A stretch of 64,000 nt of DNA. Origin: Felis catus. Lineage: Eukaryota. Both the position numbers and the translations under genes were made by a program. Below, piece by piece: positions 40,401 to 53,193 of the stretch. The stretch lies in assembly GCF_018350175.1 (NCBI RefSeq), contig NC_058368.1, forward strand, positions 235,478,001 to 235,542,000, read 5' to 3'. Positions within the stretch are counted from its first letter, which is position 1. Each line of letters begins with the position of its first letter. The notes under the pieces are model-generated. The model worked only from the letters and a program-made list of their open reading frames with translations, did no database searches and was not told the origin of the DNA.

Positions 40401-40524
40401 GGTTGGCGCCGTGGTGCTTGGTGTAGAGCCCCTTGTGTGTCGTGCAATCTGAGTTATTCCCCCTGCACACACCGCAGGAGTCTTCCACGGCATCGGATCC
40501 AAGGACGTCGTCACATCCCACTCT
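40401..40524 (-). CDS. ADAMTS16: ADAMTS16 coding exon (approx. exon 15): end of Cys-rich domain and start of spacer
   Basis: Translates RVGCDDVLGSDAVEDSCGVCRGNNSDCTTHKGLYTKHHGAN(Q). Acceptor cccccag|AGA; donor C|gtgagt. 124 bp. Confidence 0.95.
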
Positions 40525-40776
40525 CTGGGGGACCGGGGCCACACGTCATTCGTGAAAGAAAAGACGACAAGAGCGAAGTCACAGAGCTCCAGCGAGAAAC
40601 CTCCCCGCTCCAGTAGAACATTTCCACCAACACAGAGTCGTTAACAAATATTTATTGGATACCAAGTATGTGCACAGCAAGACTGAAACTCTACTCTCAG
40701 ATCCAAAGGAGGAAACCCTGAGAGCTGTTGTCTTTGGCATTGCTACACAATCTTAGAATCTCGAGCCCTAAATTAA

Positions 40777-40901
40777 GGGGCGCCTGGGTGGCTCAGTTGG
40801 TTAAGCGTCTGACTTGTGGTTTCTGCTCAGGCCACGATCTCACAGTTTTGTGAGTTTGAGCCCCGCATTGAGCTGTGCACTGAATATGAAGCCTGCTTGG
40901 G

Positions 40902-40941
<40 letters not shown>

Positions 40942-41018
40942 CCTCTCTCTCTGCCCCTTCCCTGCTCATTCTCTCTCTTTCTCTCAAAATAAATAAACAT
41001 TAAAAAATTTAAAAAAAA
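40777..41018 (+). mobile_element. Can-SINE with expanded (CT)n
   Basis: Canonical body; TSD gagccctaaattaa. Confidence 0.92.
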
Positions 41019-42708
41019 CCCTGAGCCCTAAATTAAATCTATCAGATTTTCATATTGGAGATTAATGGTAAATTTCAGATGGACGCAAAGCACAAATTGA
41101 TGAGACATGTGTCCACGTGAGGGTCCCCTGGAATGTGCCGCTGTGCCTCTGAGTGGCCGTGGGCAAAGGAGAGAAGGAACACAGGCTGCCTGGGAATTAT
41201 TCCCAGCAGTAAATCATTTAAAGGGCATCTTTGTTCACTGTCTTAGAATTTTAGGGGCCTTTATAATTTCTATGATGCTTACTAGCTTTATATTTACTAA
41301 CAAAGAGTTTACTATATACTTGTAAAAAACCCATTCAGAAATGAATCACAATTCCTCCATAATTCCTTGCTGTTAATTCTTATGGTCAAATGCATTTCAG
41401 AATTCAGAGGGTTTTTGTTTTTTTTTTTTTTTTGGATTTTAGGAAGGGAATTAACATATTATGCACATCATGTGAGAGTCCCAGCAGGGCCCAGGGTAGC
41501 ACTCAATGAAACGCGTAAAGGATGTTTCTATGGCAAATCACGTACATCTTCACGCGAAGCGAGATCGATAAAACTGACACATAGCCTCACACCCGTCGAG
41601 GGCAGGTTTCGCCAGCAAACAAATTCAGGGCATCCTGTATTGTGCAGCCCAATAAACCTTCTGTGTGACGGCTTTTGGGATTTCAGAACTACATCTAAGG
41701 GACTGTGACACTGTGTCGTGACGAATACCTGAAAACAATGACATATTTAACAAGCCCACTAATAATTAGACAAAACGGACAGAGGCTCGGCCATTTGAAA
41801 TCTGAAAGAGATCTCGACAGAACCGAGTGTGATCTTCACCTACGAAAAAGGACTACACTGTGCGTGTCCCAGTGCACGACTCAACCTGACCATGGTCATC
41901 TCACTTAGAGAAGACCAGAACGATGACTGAGGTGCTTAGACTCTGTGAGTGTGCATACTGAGCAACTTCAATGAAAAACCCACCGATCGTGTGCAACGTA
42001 TGTGATCTGGTCACGCTTCCAGTTGGTGTAATAATGGAATTCCTTCCCCGTCTCACCCCTGCCCAAGGCGGCTCTATGGCCACTTAGCCAACAAATCTTT
42101 CCCCGTCTGTCTTCCAAGTCCCTGCAGGATGCCAAGTGATCTCTCGGCTCAAAGCTGCCCCTGGTTCCTCCGCTGCCCAAGCTACTGCCGGCTGACCCTG
42201 CCGCTCACCTCCATCCAGGTCCCAGGGTCTGCTCCCCCAGGACAGGAGGATAAAAACCCTCCGTGCGCCCCTTCTCGCTCCCTCACCTCCCTCGGCACCC
42301 CTGCCCTGCCTGCCCTCCGGGTGCTCGATGCCTGAGTCGGGTCCTACCAACCCACACCTTCTAGCACGACCGTGTTCCCAGTCGGCTCTCCCACACCTCC
42401 AGGCCAACTCACCCTTCCCGATCTAGCTCGGAAGCTCCCTTCTCCCAGGAACCCCGCAAATCCCCCAGATCCACATCGGGGAGAAAATCAGCTCTCCTCT
42501 GCTCCCCATCCTCCGTGGGCACCTCCACTGGGACAAACCACCTGTGTCTGTGTGTGTGTTCATCCGGTTTTCCCCGCCCCCACCAGGCTGTGAGCGGGAG
42601 GGAAAGGCGGGATTTAAATGTCTGGTGTCTTTAGCCCCTTAGAGGAATGCCTGACACAAAGCAGACTGTCTGGAGACGTGTGTTGAATGAATGAACGATC
42701 ATTATTAC

Positions 42709-42839
42709 CTCACATATCCCATCTATACAAACATTACGGCTATCCTCCGAGCATGGAGTCCCATCTTTGACTTTATTTGACAAAGAAAAGAAGAAATCAA
42801 ATCCTTCTGCGATACAGTAGAGTTTGCATAAGTGCTGAT
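42709..42839 (-). CDS. ADAMTS16: ADAMTS16 coding exon (approx. exon 14): Cys-rich domain
   Basis: Translates (D)QHLCKLYCIAEGFDFFFSLSNKVKDGTPCSEDSRNVCIDGICE. Acceptor ctttttaag|AT; donor GAG|gtaata. 131 bp. Not present in the ORF track. Confidence 0.95.
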
Positions 42840-43316
42840 CTTAAAAAGAAATACACACACAAACACAAATAAGAAAGATACTTAAGCTCTGATCACTTTT
42901 GTTCTAAATTTTAGATAGACTTTAAGTTTTTTCTTTCTTTCTTTTTTTTTTCTTTTGCCCATAAAATAACTCCCACACAATATTCATTGCAAAGACACTT
43001 CTTTTATGGTTGTCTCATGAGGCTTGGTTTTTCCTTTTAATTTTTCATTTGCATAAGCCTTCACCATTCTTACTCGACGGTGTCCTTTACCGTCCTTGTT
43101 CTTATTCAGTGGTTGGCACATAGTAGGCATTCAATAAATATTTGTTGACTGGAACGACAACATCACTGTTTGACTATTTTACTAGTTTGATGAACTATTC
43201 TCTTGCAGAAATGCAAAAGGTCATTACTATTTTGTAGCAATATACACAATTCTCACAGGAAAAATGTAATAAAAGAATTCAAATAATCACGAAATTTATT
43301 AAAAGCTAGTGCATTT

Positions 43317-43550
43317 GGGGTGCCTGGGTGGCTCAGTGGGTTAAGCATTCGGCTCAGGTCATGATCTCATGGTTCGCGAGTTTGAGCCCCACGTCGGGCT
43401 CTGCGCTGACAGCTCGGAGCCTGGAGCCTGCTCGGGATTCTGTGTCTCCCTCACTCTCTGCCCCTCCCCCCACTCACACTCTGTCTCTGTCTCTGTCTCT
43501 GTCTCTGTCTCTCTCTCAAAAATAAATCAACACTAAAGCAAAAAAATTTT
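43317..43550 (+). mobile_element. Can-SINE
   Basis: Canonical body; TSD aaaagcta(g/a)tgcattt. Confidence 0.92.
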
Positions 43551-44833
43551 TAAAAAGCTAATGCATTTGATGAAATTTATAATATTTTTAAACTGATAAA
43601 AGGAATAACTTTTCGATGAAATCTTCAGAGAATGATGTTTTCTATAAACACAATGACTGTCAAAAAATACTGACAGGTGGGGAATGTAGGTATCACGGTA
43701 TACTTAAGAGTGGCAGAGCCAGTCGATTTCTTTTGATAATCTATTTCAAAGATTTTATGATTTATGTAATTAACATGAACTTTTTCCCCTTCGTTCTTCT
43801 TGGTAAAGAAGGGCTGAGTTGATGAAAATATAGTCTGCCTTAGGAATTTTCATGGGCTCAAGACTTATCCACAAATATTTTCTTTATTGTACAGGAGGAG
43901 ACTCCATTGAACAACCCTAAGAATCAAGGCAAGTATGTGCTTCCATGATTAATGTGTTTATTTCCTGAGATAGGGAAGCCCAGAAGAGCACACGTATTTT
44001 GGCCCCAATTTCAAAGTTCTTTCTCCTTTTTCTCCTGCCTACTTATTTCTCACTGGCTTACATTTTACTGAGTCTGGGAGTAAAAACACAACCAAAAATG
44101 CTTTGTGTGAAACTGCTTCAACTTCTCCTTCCAGAATTTACTGACTTCATAAAGTTCTTACCATGAAAACATTACGTTTATAAAGTCAGATGAGATTTAT
44201 ATATTTCTTGACCGTTGCTTGGACAGTATTCCCAGTTTCAAAGAGTGAGGTGACTAGGTATTCTTTGGATTTCTCTTTAAATTATGCCAACGGAGCTACC
44301 AGGTTCAAGTTCTTTCAGTCTTAAGAACAATAACTACTTCTCTCACACTGGAGAATAAAATCTTATATATGGTGCAGATAAACTTCTTGGTTTAGAACCA
44401 GAGTTTTGAATATACTATACTTGAAAGTCAACTGCTTTTCCAAAAGATACTAAAATTTTTCTTTCACTCTCTGGCAATTGTAAGTGTTCGATGGTGAGAT
44501 CGCCCTCAACTACTGTGATTTGTAATTAAAAAGCCCTGATCCCTTATCAATAAACCATCCGTTTTGAATGTTTCATCACTTCTTTGAAGATTTCACGGTA
44601 TGACGCACACACTCTCTATCTGCTTGTTAATTTCTGGCCACACCGCTGGTCAAGTTCAGGTACAAAGCCAGCGGCCAAGGGGTTAGGCAGAAGAGCCTGT
44701 GACAACGACCTCACATAGCGATGTGGTCTATCCGAACGCCACAATTTCAACCATGTAATTCTTTAAAGAGTTTTCAGTCACGTAATTCTTTAAAGCATGA
44801 GGCTATTCCTAGAAGGGGGGATGTAAGACTCAC

Positions 44834-45006
44834 CTTGCACTTGAGTGTATGGCTTCCACTTGTAGTGCCATCCTCGGAACCGTTTGCTGTTGTACTCGGC
44901 ACACTGTGCCGCACGGAAGTCAACGCTATCGTGGGGACATTTCTGACTGTTGCAGAGCCTCAGAGTCCGAGCTGAGCCCTCACAAAACTTCCCTCCGTGC
45001 GATGGT
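44834..45006 (-). CDS. ADAMTS16: ADAMTS16 coding exon (approx. exon 13): end of TSR1 and start of Cys-rich domain
   Basis: Translates (K)PSHGGKFCEGSARTLRLCNSQKCPHDSVDFRAAQCAEYNSKRFRGWHYKWKPYTQVQ(D). Acceptor ttccag|A; donor G|gtgagt. 173 bp. Confidence 0.96.
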
Positions 45007-45042
45007 CTGGAACATACATTTCGCAATTAGAAACCCTACGTT

Positions 45043-45240
45043 TGGGGCGTCTGGGTGGCTCGGCTGGTTGAGTGTCCAGCTTCAGCTCAGATCACAATCT
45101 CACGGTTCACGAGCTCAAGCCCCGTGTCAGGCTTGCTGCTGTCAACCCAGAGCCCGCTTTGGATCCTCGGTCTCCCTCTCTCTCTGCCCCTCCCCTGCTC
45201 GCACTCATGCTGTCCCCAAAGTGACTGCACGCTAAAACCA
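45043..45240 (+). mobile_element. Can-SINE next to the exon 13 acceptor
   Basis: Head ggggcgtctgggtggctcgg; degenerate TSD aaaccctacgttt / aagccctacattt. Confidence 0.85.
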
Positions 45241-46159
45241 AAAAGAAGCCCTACATTTAACAGCTACTCTCCCCTCCCTGCAAATTAGGCTTATTGAAGA
45301 CATGAGCAGATCCTGTTATGTTGTTTTCAGCGACCAAGTAAGAAAAGTGTACTTCTAAGGGACCCTGGCACTTTCTCACCCATTAACGACGTGGGCAGTG
45401 TTATTCACAAGGTTAGTAGAGCCAGTTAGGGTGTGGAAATGGATCTGCCGGCATCTGTCCGCCACCGACTCCCAGCACCCCTGCAGAAGGCAGCGTGACG
45501 TCGCCGTTCTCTGCACTCATAGAGGAGGGACCGCTAAGGGAGGGCGGCTCTCCCAGTTGACAGCCGGCAGAGTTGAGACTGCCATTCAGGGACTTCACTG
45601 AAGTCACCTTCCACTGGTCGGTGCTGATGGGAAACACCCCCAGCTCACCCCCTAGAATTCACGTGGACGCAGCCATACGATGTGGCGGACCCACTGAGCG
45701 TCACACGATAAAGACAGGACTGAAGAGCCATGATAGGAGTCATGTTTTAAACAAAGTCAGGTGCAAAGGGAGGATTTGGAAACTCCTCTACACCAGCACA
45801 CTGGGGACCGCTTCTGGTGTCCCTGTCTTCTCACAGAAGGTCACAGTGAAACCACATGTTGCAAAGGTAAATATATTTCATGAAGAACCCAACACCTGGC
45901 TTTTTTTTTCCCACGTGAAAAAACGGTTCTTCCTGATTCTTATTCTTTTGTGTTCTCCATATCTTCATGATTTACATACTCATTTTAGGCAGACCCTTGG
46001 TATTTCGTAGAAATGTGGCTAAAATCCACTTCCTGAGTATCGCTGCTGGGTCTGTTATCACGTGCTATGGTCAGGTCGCTTGAAGCATCTTAAATTATAC
46101 CAAAGAGATATCGCTGTTTGAGAAATACTTGACTAAAATGACTTTCCCGCTCAGTGATG

Positions 46160-46730
46160 CTTTTTAATTCCGGCATAGCCAACACACAGGGTTCCGTCAG
46201 TTTCAGGTGTAGGACAGAGTGACTCGACACCTCCATGCCTCACCCGATGCTCATCATAAGCGCCCTCCTTAATCCCCATTACCTGTTTCACCCATACCCC
46301 CTCCCCCCTTCCCTCTGGTGACCATCAGTGTGCGCTCTATAGTTAAGAGTCTGTTTCTCACTTTCTCCCTCTTCTTTTTCCCCTTTGCTTGCTTCTTTTT
46401 TTTTTTTAATTTTTTTTTCAACGTTTTATTTATTTTTGGGACAGAGAGACAGAGCATGAACGGGCGAGGGGCAGAGAGAGAGGGAGACACAGAATCGGAA
46501 ACAGGCTCCAGGCTCTGAGCCATCAGCCCAGAGCCCGACGTGGGGCTCGAACTCACGGACCGCGAGATCGTGACCTGGCTGAAGTCGGACGCTTAACCGA
46601 CTGCGCCACCCAGGCGCCCCTCCCCTTTGCTTGCTTCTTAAATTCCACGTAGGAGTGAAATCATACAGTATTTGTTTTTCTCGGACTAATTTCACTTAGC
46701 ATAAAATTCTCTAACTCCATCCATGTGGTT
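46160..46730 (-). mobile_element. L1 3' end fragment (carnivore type) containing a nested SINE
   Basis: cttaaattccac...gtgaaatcatacagtatttgtttttc...atttcacttagcataa matches a reverse-strand L1 ORF2 end and 3' UTR. Confidence 0.8.
46396..46620 (-). mobile_element. Young SINEC_Fc-type SINE
   Basis: Reverse complement ggggcgcctgggtggcgcagtcggttaagcgtccgacttcagccaggtcacg, CpGs retained; TSD tcccctttgcttgcttctt. Confidence 0.93.
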
Positions 46731-46861
46731 CCGCCTACTCAGTGATCCCTACACAGCTACGTGACGTACAGATCGGTATTACTGAATTTAGGTACACATG
46801 CGGCTTGGAAGGTTCACAGCACAGAAATCGCTCGTGAGGAGGGAAGTGAGGACGTACTTAC

Positions 46862-47010
46862 TTGGGATTTGCGCACAGGCGGTCTCTGTGAGACACCCCT
46901 CCTCCGCAGGTCCTGGAGCAAGGGGACCAGGAAGACCAGTCTGACCAATGGCCATGCGTGGGCTTGGGGCCTTCGTCACCGTATTTCACACACTGTCCTC
47001 CCCGGCACCA
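46862..47010 (-). CDS. ADAMTS16: ADAMTS16 coding exon (approx. exon 12): TSR1
   Basis: Translates [49 protein letters not shown](K), with the WxxWxxW and [11 protein letters not shown] motifs. Acceptor tttttag|TGG; donor AA|gtaagt. 149 bp. Confidence 0.96.
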
Positions 47011-48338
47011 CTAAAAATTAAAAAAGAAGAAAAGGTTGACATGACTCATGGGTGGATAGGCGGGTCCAGCATCGCTGTGATGTCAGCCATGGGGAGTTTG
47101 GTAGAACGCGCAAGATATCAACATCTGCCCTTCAGGTAAGCGTATGATAGAGTGAGTGGATGTTGCTTCTTTTTCCTTTTCCAGCCTAGCACGGTTTATA
47201 AATCCCCGTAGAGGGAAGATACACAGAAGAACCATTTTCTAGCGTCCAAGCTGCTGGAATTCAGCACATATAATTAAGTGGTGTTGCGTGAACGTTCAGC
47301 CTGATTGTTCGGCTCTCAGGTGAGTGAACTCCAATCTTTCCAAGAACAACGTGCTTTTCATAGCTCTTTGAGAGCAGACGGGGCCTCGGGTAGAAACGTC
47401 CAGCTGGAGGTTCCATGTGACTCAACACCTTATCATTTCTGGCCGATGCTCTGCGCCGTCACTCCCAAGCACCTGGGCTCCAAGCCCGGAGCCCGGAGGT
47501 TATCGGCGGACGCGGGTCGGAGGTCACACTGCTTCCCGGGGAGATAAGACAGCCCACACAGAGCTGCACGTGTCCCCATGCGGCTGGAGATGCCATCAGC
47601 TGTCCCTTCTCAAGAGCAACACTCGTCGACGTCAGTTCACGCCCAAAGCCACGCGTTGTCTTTGCTTCCATCACACGTCAAGGCTACACATCTCAACGTG
47701 GTGTTCAATGCTGTTGGTTTTCCACCCATGGTTTGGTGCAGACTTCGACAATCTTCAGGCCATCTGCTGAGAGGAGAAAAGGAAGTTGCTCGTCCCTTGC
47801 TGCTGGCCCGCAGGGACCAAGCAGAGCCTGGCCTGAGGACTGCGGGGTGAGGGACAGGGTCAAGTCCCCTCCCGTCTGGCTCCAAGGTTAGGGCCACCGG
47901 ATGTGATCCGAGAGAAAAAACGGTACTTTACAAGAGGAAAATAACAACACTTCGATTATTCATTGTTGTGTCGGGTGAAAACGTATCAGATGGCTGCCAC
48001 TTGACCTTTGCCGGCAGTTACAAGTGGTTTGATTTAACACCATTCAAGGAGGGAAACGTGAACATAAGAAATTCTGAGCACTGAAACCTCATCCATTCAA
48101 TTCTTCGATTCTTTCCCACAAGCAAAAAATAAGTCTCTCTTTTGTTAGCTCCCTGCCCTCACCCCCAGGTGCTAGAACAAGTCCTGAAGTCCCCCTGACA
48201 CCCTCAGCCCGGTGAGGGGTGCACAGGAGACAGCAGGGCACCTGCTCCTCAACGGCCTCGAGTCAGAGGAGAGAAGGAGCTGAGAGAAACAGAGGGCTGG
48301 CTCCTGTGGGCTCTGGGCAGGGCCCTGCAGCTGGCAGA

Positions 48339-48381
48339 GACCGGGAGGGACCGGGAGGGACCGGGAGGGACCGGGAGGGAC
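48339..48381. repeat. 10-bp tandem repeat (gaccgggagg) x4
   Basis: Directly visible in the sequence. Confidence 0.9.
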
Positions 48382-49027
48382 AAGTCAGGGGTCTGCTGTG
48401 GTTGTTTTGTCCCATTTAAAAAAATCACCCGGTCAGAGCTTTCTAACACACAACCCAGAAAATGTGGAAGCAAGAACCAACAGGTTGAAGCTCAGAAAAT
48501 ATTTTCAGGTTTTAAAGCCACTCGAAACAATGCTCCTGTTACAGTTTTGGTCGAGCCAACAAGGTGACAGGTGTTTGGGGCCAGTTGCTTTTGCTTCTGG
48601 CACGTAAGGGTTACTTGAAGAAAATGTGGTTTCACTCTGTTTCAAAAGTACAGCAAATATTTACGTTTATTCTTCCAAATTTTGGGTTTATCCTTTCTTT
48701 TTTTTTTTTTTCTTTTTTTTGACGTAAGAAAATAACTGTGCAGATGACGACTTCCTTTTCTTTTGGTCAGTGAGGGCCCGCTGCACATGCTCCGTTCGTT
48801 CTGCTCGTCCGCCTACGGGATGTCTGCGGATCATCTGCTGCAGCGTGCAGACGGGGCTCTCCTTCTGCAGGTGGGGTTCTTCAGCCACTGCCCTCTTCGC
48901 GCACATCCGCGTGGTTGCCGGTCTTCTGCTGTCGAAATTGCTGCTGCCGTTGGTATTCTTGCCAGTGAAATGCTGCTGCTTTCGTCGGAATATCCTTACA
49001 GGACCGTCCCTTTACAAGTGGCTTTTA

Positions 49028-49243
49028 GGGGCACCCGGGTGGCCCAGTCGGTGAAGCATCGGACTCTTGGTTTCGGCTCAGGTCACGATCTCACAGTTTG
49101 TGGGTTCAAACCCCGGGGTTGGGCTCTGTGCTAACAGTGCGGAGCTGGCTTGGGATTCTCTCTCTCTCCCTTCTCTCTCTGCCCTCCCCTGTTCGATCTC
49201 TCTCTCTGTCTCTCTCAAAATAAACTACAAAAAAAAAATTATT
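49028..49243 (+). mobile_element. Can-SINE
   Basis: ggggcacccgggtggcccagtcgg head and poly-A tail. Confidence 0.9.
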
Positions 49244-50819
49244 AAACAAAAACTTTCTGGAGGTCTGAGGAGAAAACACCGTAACTTCTCCGAAGGAGGT
49301 TGGAGGGGGGAAATGCACGTGGGCATGAAGGTACAGGGGCCCAAACACGTGCATCCACGTGCACACCGACTTTATGTATCAAGTCCACGCAGGTCACAGA
49401 GCTGGGAAGCCCACCGTGAGCGGGTCGGGGAAGGGCATGTGTTAGGTACGCACACGCCATTTCCACCGAAACACCAGTTCGGTTTCCGGGACCACCCCAC
49501 GTTTCTCACCATTTGTATTTTATTCATGGACAACGCGGCGTTTGAGAGAAGGCTTCATCTTAGCAAGCGAGATGTCGCGATACGTGCTCGTTCCTGCTCT
49601 GATAGTGTCCCCGGAGTCTGCATGGCACCTCCAAACCCAGCCCACACGGGAAGTACCCTGATAAGATGCAGCCGCTGACTCAGGGAGCGGGGAGAAAAGG
49701 AACCTCAGTATTAGTCCTGCTGCCGTGTGGCCTGGGGCAGGTGACTCCAGTGCTCTGAGCCTGCGTGTCCCCGCCGAGAACCTTAGCGATGATGCGTACC
49801 ACCAGGCTGGGCTGCTCCAAAAATCTGATGTGGTCACACGGGCCAAGCACCGAGCACCGAGTGTCAGATCTGGGTAACGTGAGAGCTGGTTTAATTCTAC
49901 ATTAGAGGCCCACGATTGTTAGCGGGCTAGAATCTGCTTTCCTATGCTTTGGGCTGTGGTCCCAGCCCCTTGCCCTGGGTTCCCCTGGCATGAGAACAAA
50001 GGAACCCAGCGTCCATCCCTGGAAAAGTTCTTGAGTGCCCGAGGGGGGCCGCGACAGACTCGCCCTCACACGGTGGTCGTCAGGGCCACCTGTATTTGAG
50101 GTACTCAGGATAGAGCTTCATGCTACAAAATGCAATCAACATCAGCCCCATTTTCCACCACGCGCAAGCCTCACAGGCAGCGCAAGGTGGAAGGAAACAG
50201 GCTCCCGTCCAGGAGAAAAGGGCACAGAAGCGGCATGGTTGTCGCCAATCACCCAGAACGCACCGACCGGGACCGGCCAAAGCACTGTGACACTGACTTC
50301 TGGGAACACACGCTTCTAGACCGATAAAGCTCAGGGACACACGACAGCCAGTAACACAGGAAGGCACGCAATTAACAGCAAAGGGAGATTTCACAGGAGC
50401 GCTGACGCCGTCCCGCGTGTATTCTGGCCCAACAAGGGAAATGAACTGAAAATACCAAGAACCACCGATTTGACTGTGCTTTTGCGGTAAATAAAACATA
50501 ACGAGAATGTATAGGTGATTTTCAGGGAGCGCCAGAGCTAGGGAGTTGGTCCTACAAGGAAGCAGGCGACCTGAGAACCCCCCGGGACCTGCGTGGGCTG
50601 CAGCTTCTGCCAATCGTTCCGGAGAGCAGCCTCGTTTTGCAAACTGTCACCTGAAGAGTAAAGGTCAACCAACTAAGTGCAGAAGGTTATGATCACCTGC
50701 GGCTTACTGCTCAGGCCAATTCCCTGGCGTGCCGCGACCATGTGTGTTTTCCACGTTGTGGCACGCCGGAGGGTTTCTCTCCTCGTCCGAGACTCTAAAA
50801 GCATATTGATTACATTTCG

Positions 50820-50956
50820 TTTGTAAGTAGGCTTCATGCCCAGTGCGGAGTCCAACACAGAGCCCAGCTCGGGGCTCGAACGCACAGCCCTGAGATCAAG
50901 ACCTGGGCTGAGATCTCGAGTTGGGCGCTTAACTGACTGAGCCACCCAGGTGCCCC
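50820..50956 (-). mobile_element. Older/short Can-SINE
   Basis: Ends actgagccacccaggtgcccc. Confidence 0.8.
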
Positions 50957-51368
50957 AGAGTTTTATGGGTATGAATTATTTAACTACTGTTGCTTATATC
51001 TCTAGAAGGATTTAACTGTGAGTACCCCCGTCTTTGAGGGACTAAACATAGGGGTCTGTGCCGTAGGGGCACTCCTAGCTCTTCATTCCCTCTGTCGGTG
51101 TCGCCAGAATTTATCCAGCACGTGTCAGCACTGTCTGCTAACACGTTTAACCCTTTCTGTCCATGCTCCCATTAAAACACGTTCAGGGTGTGATATATTT
51201 GCTTTGGGATCTACACGTATGAACCAGTGACATTTAGGCAGGAAATTCTCTTTCCCGTTCATTAGCATCACTGAAAAGGTCACACGCCTAGCCTTGCAGA
51301 CATGGTTACGTAATAATTTGGGTCCCGTATGTTTCCATCTTTATCAACAGTCTTATATTTTAGATGTG

Positions 51369-51576
51369 TTTTTTATGTTCATTTATTTGAGGGGGGGTAG
51401 AGAGAGCACGAGTGGGGGAGGGGCGGAGAGAGAGAGGGAGAGAGAGAATCCTAAGCAGACTCCAGGCCCTGAGCTGTCAGCACAGAGCCTGACGTGGGGC
51501 TTGAACCTACAAACCACGAGATCACGACCGGGGCCGAAGTCGGACGCCTAACCGACTGAGCCAGCCAGGCACCCCC
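51369..51576 (-). mobile_element. Can-SINE
   Basis: Canonical body; TSD-like aa(c/t)agtcttatat. Confidence 0.9.
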
Positions 51577-52171
51577 TCAATAATAGTCTTATATATTAAA
51601 AAGAACAGTGAAATCACAGGTTTAATCAAAGGAGTCAAAATAACACTCTTGGATATTAAGATACTTTCAATTCAATGACAAAATCATCATTCTCTACCAG
51701 TGAGTAATAAATGTGCTGCTTTGCATAGTTCTTTTCTCTACCGAAGCGCCTCTCTTTTTTTTTCCCAGGGGAGACGACAGGTCAGAATGGTCTGCTCCAG
51801 GGTCTTCGAATTGATGCTCTGTGCCTTTAACAGCACTACCTAATGCGGGTGCTGCCCACGGTTAAAATATGGTCAAGGGTTTAATGTTTCCCCTCATTAA
51901 ATACATGCGGTCGCCACCTGTCGCCTGGCATCCACATCTATTAGTGGCAGACGGCCCACCAATTACATCATCGGGAAAGGAAGAAGAGGAGAAAGGAGCC
52001 CCCTCCCGGTACCAATCTAGATGAAACCCCATCTTCTGACCCAGGGGTAGGTTCGCACATAGAAATGAGGAAGGCGGGCGGACAAAATACCAGCGCGGGA
52101 GGAGGAGACACGCGTGGGTAGAGAGGCTGTGACATCCGAGCATGACCCATGACCCGAGATTAGGTCCTTAC

Positions 52172-52267
52172 CATGTCATGCCCACAAACGGTGCCTTCTG
52201 CTGCGGGCATAAATTTAGTCTCGCATTTCCTTCCAATTCGGTGGCACCACAGGGCTTTGCAGATATC
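52172..52267 (-). CDS. ADAMTS16: ADAMTS16 coding exon (approx. exon 11): disintegrin-like domain
   Basis: Translates DICKALWCHRIGRKCETKFMPAAEGTVCGHDM. Acceptor ttttctccccggtag|GAT; donor ATG|gtaagg. 96 bp, phase 0 to 0. Confidence 0.96.
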
Positions 52268-52511
52268 CTACCGGGGAGAAAAGGTCGTTAGTGTTACAAA
52301 TGGTCCACAAATCTACAATAAAATATCACTGAATGACTGAAGGGGAAAACGGCGGATATAAATTGAAAGCGGGTTAGCAGCAGCAGATGAAAACGGTAAA
52401 GAAGAAAGAAGACTCAGAGACTCATGTTCTAGACTCGGCCCGACTTCATTCCGTCCCTGAAGCTTTTATTTATTCATATGTAGTTATCATCAATTTGACA
52501 CAATGATGTAC

Positions 52512-52771
52512 TTTTTTTTTTTAATTTTTTTTCAACGTTTATTTACTTTTGAGACAGAGAGAGACAGAGCATGGACAGGGGAGGGGCAGAGAGAGAGGGA
52601 GACACAGAATCCGAAACAGGCTGCAGGTTCTGAGCGGTCAGCACAGAGCCCGACGCGGGGCTCAAACTCACGGACAGTGAGATCATGACCTGAGCCGAAG
52701 TCGGATGCTCAACCGACCAAGCCACCCAGGCGCCCCAATGATGTACTTTTTAAATTTTTTAAATTTATTTT

Positions 52772-52805
<34 letters not shown>

Positions 52806-52977
52806 AAGGGCATGTGTGAGCAGGGAGAGAGGCAGAGAGAGAGAACTCCAAGCACAGAATTCAGTGTGCCATCAGCGCAGAGCCTGACCTGGGGCTCAAA
52901 CTCACAAGCCATGAGATCACAACCTGAGCCAATATCAAGACTCAGACGCCCAACTGACTGAGCCCCCCGGGCGCCCC
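52512..52977 (-). mobile_element. Two tandem Can-SINEs (52512-52736 and 52746-52977)
   Basis: The left copy is flanked by TSD aatgatgtacttttt, so it inserted at the tail end of the right copy. Confidence 0.92.
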
Positions 52978-53193
52978 AGAAAATCATCTTTCCTAAACTA
53001 ACAAGTAAAATAGGCTGAATCCCGAGGTTGGAGCAAACTACAGAAATTGAAAAGATTCGATAAAGCCTAACACTGTACAATTTATTCTTTCACCTCTCCA
53101 AGTCTGAATCCTCATTCCTAAATTAAAGTTGATTATGAAATTTTCTGACTTGCCCATCCATCCACCCACCCACCCACCCACCATCCCCAATCA

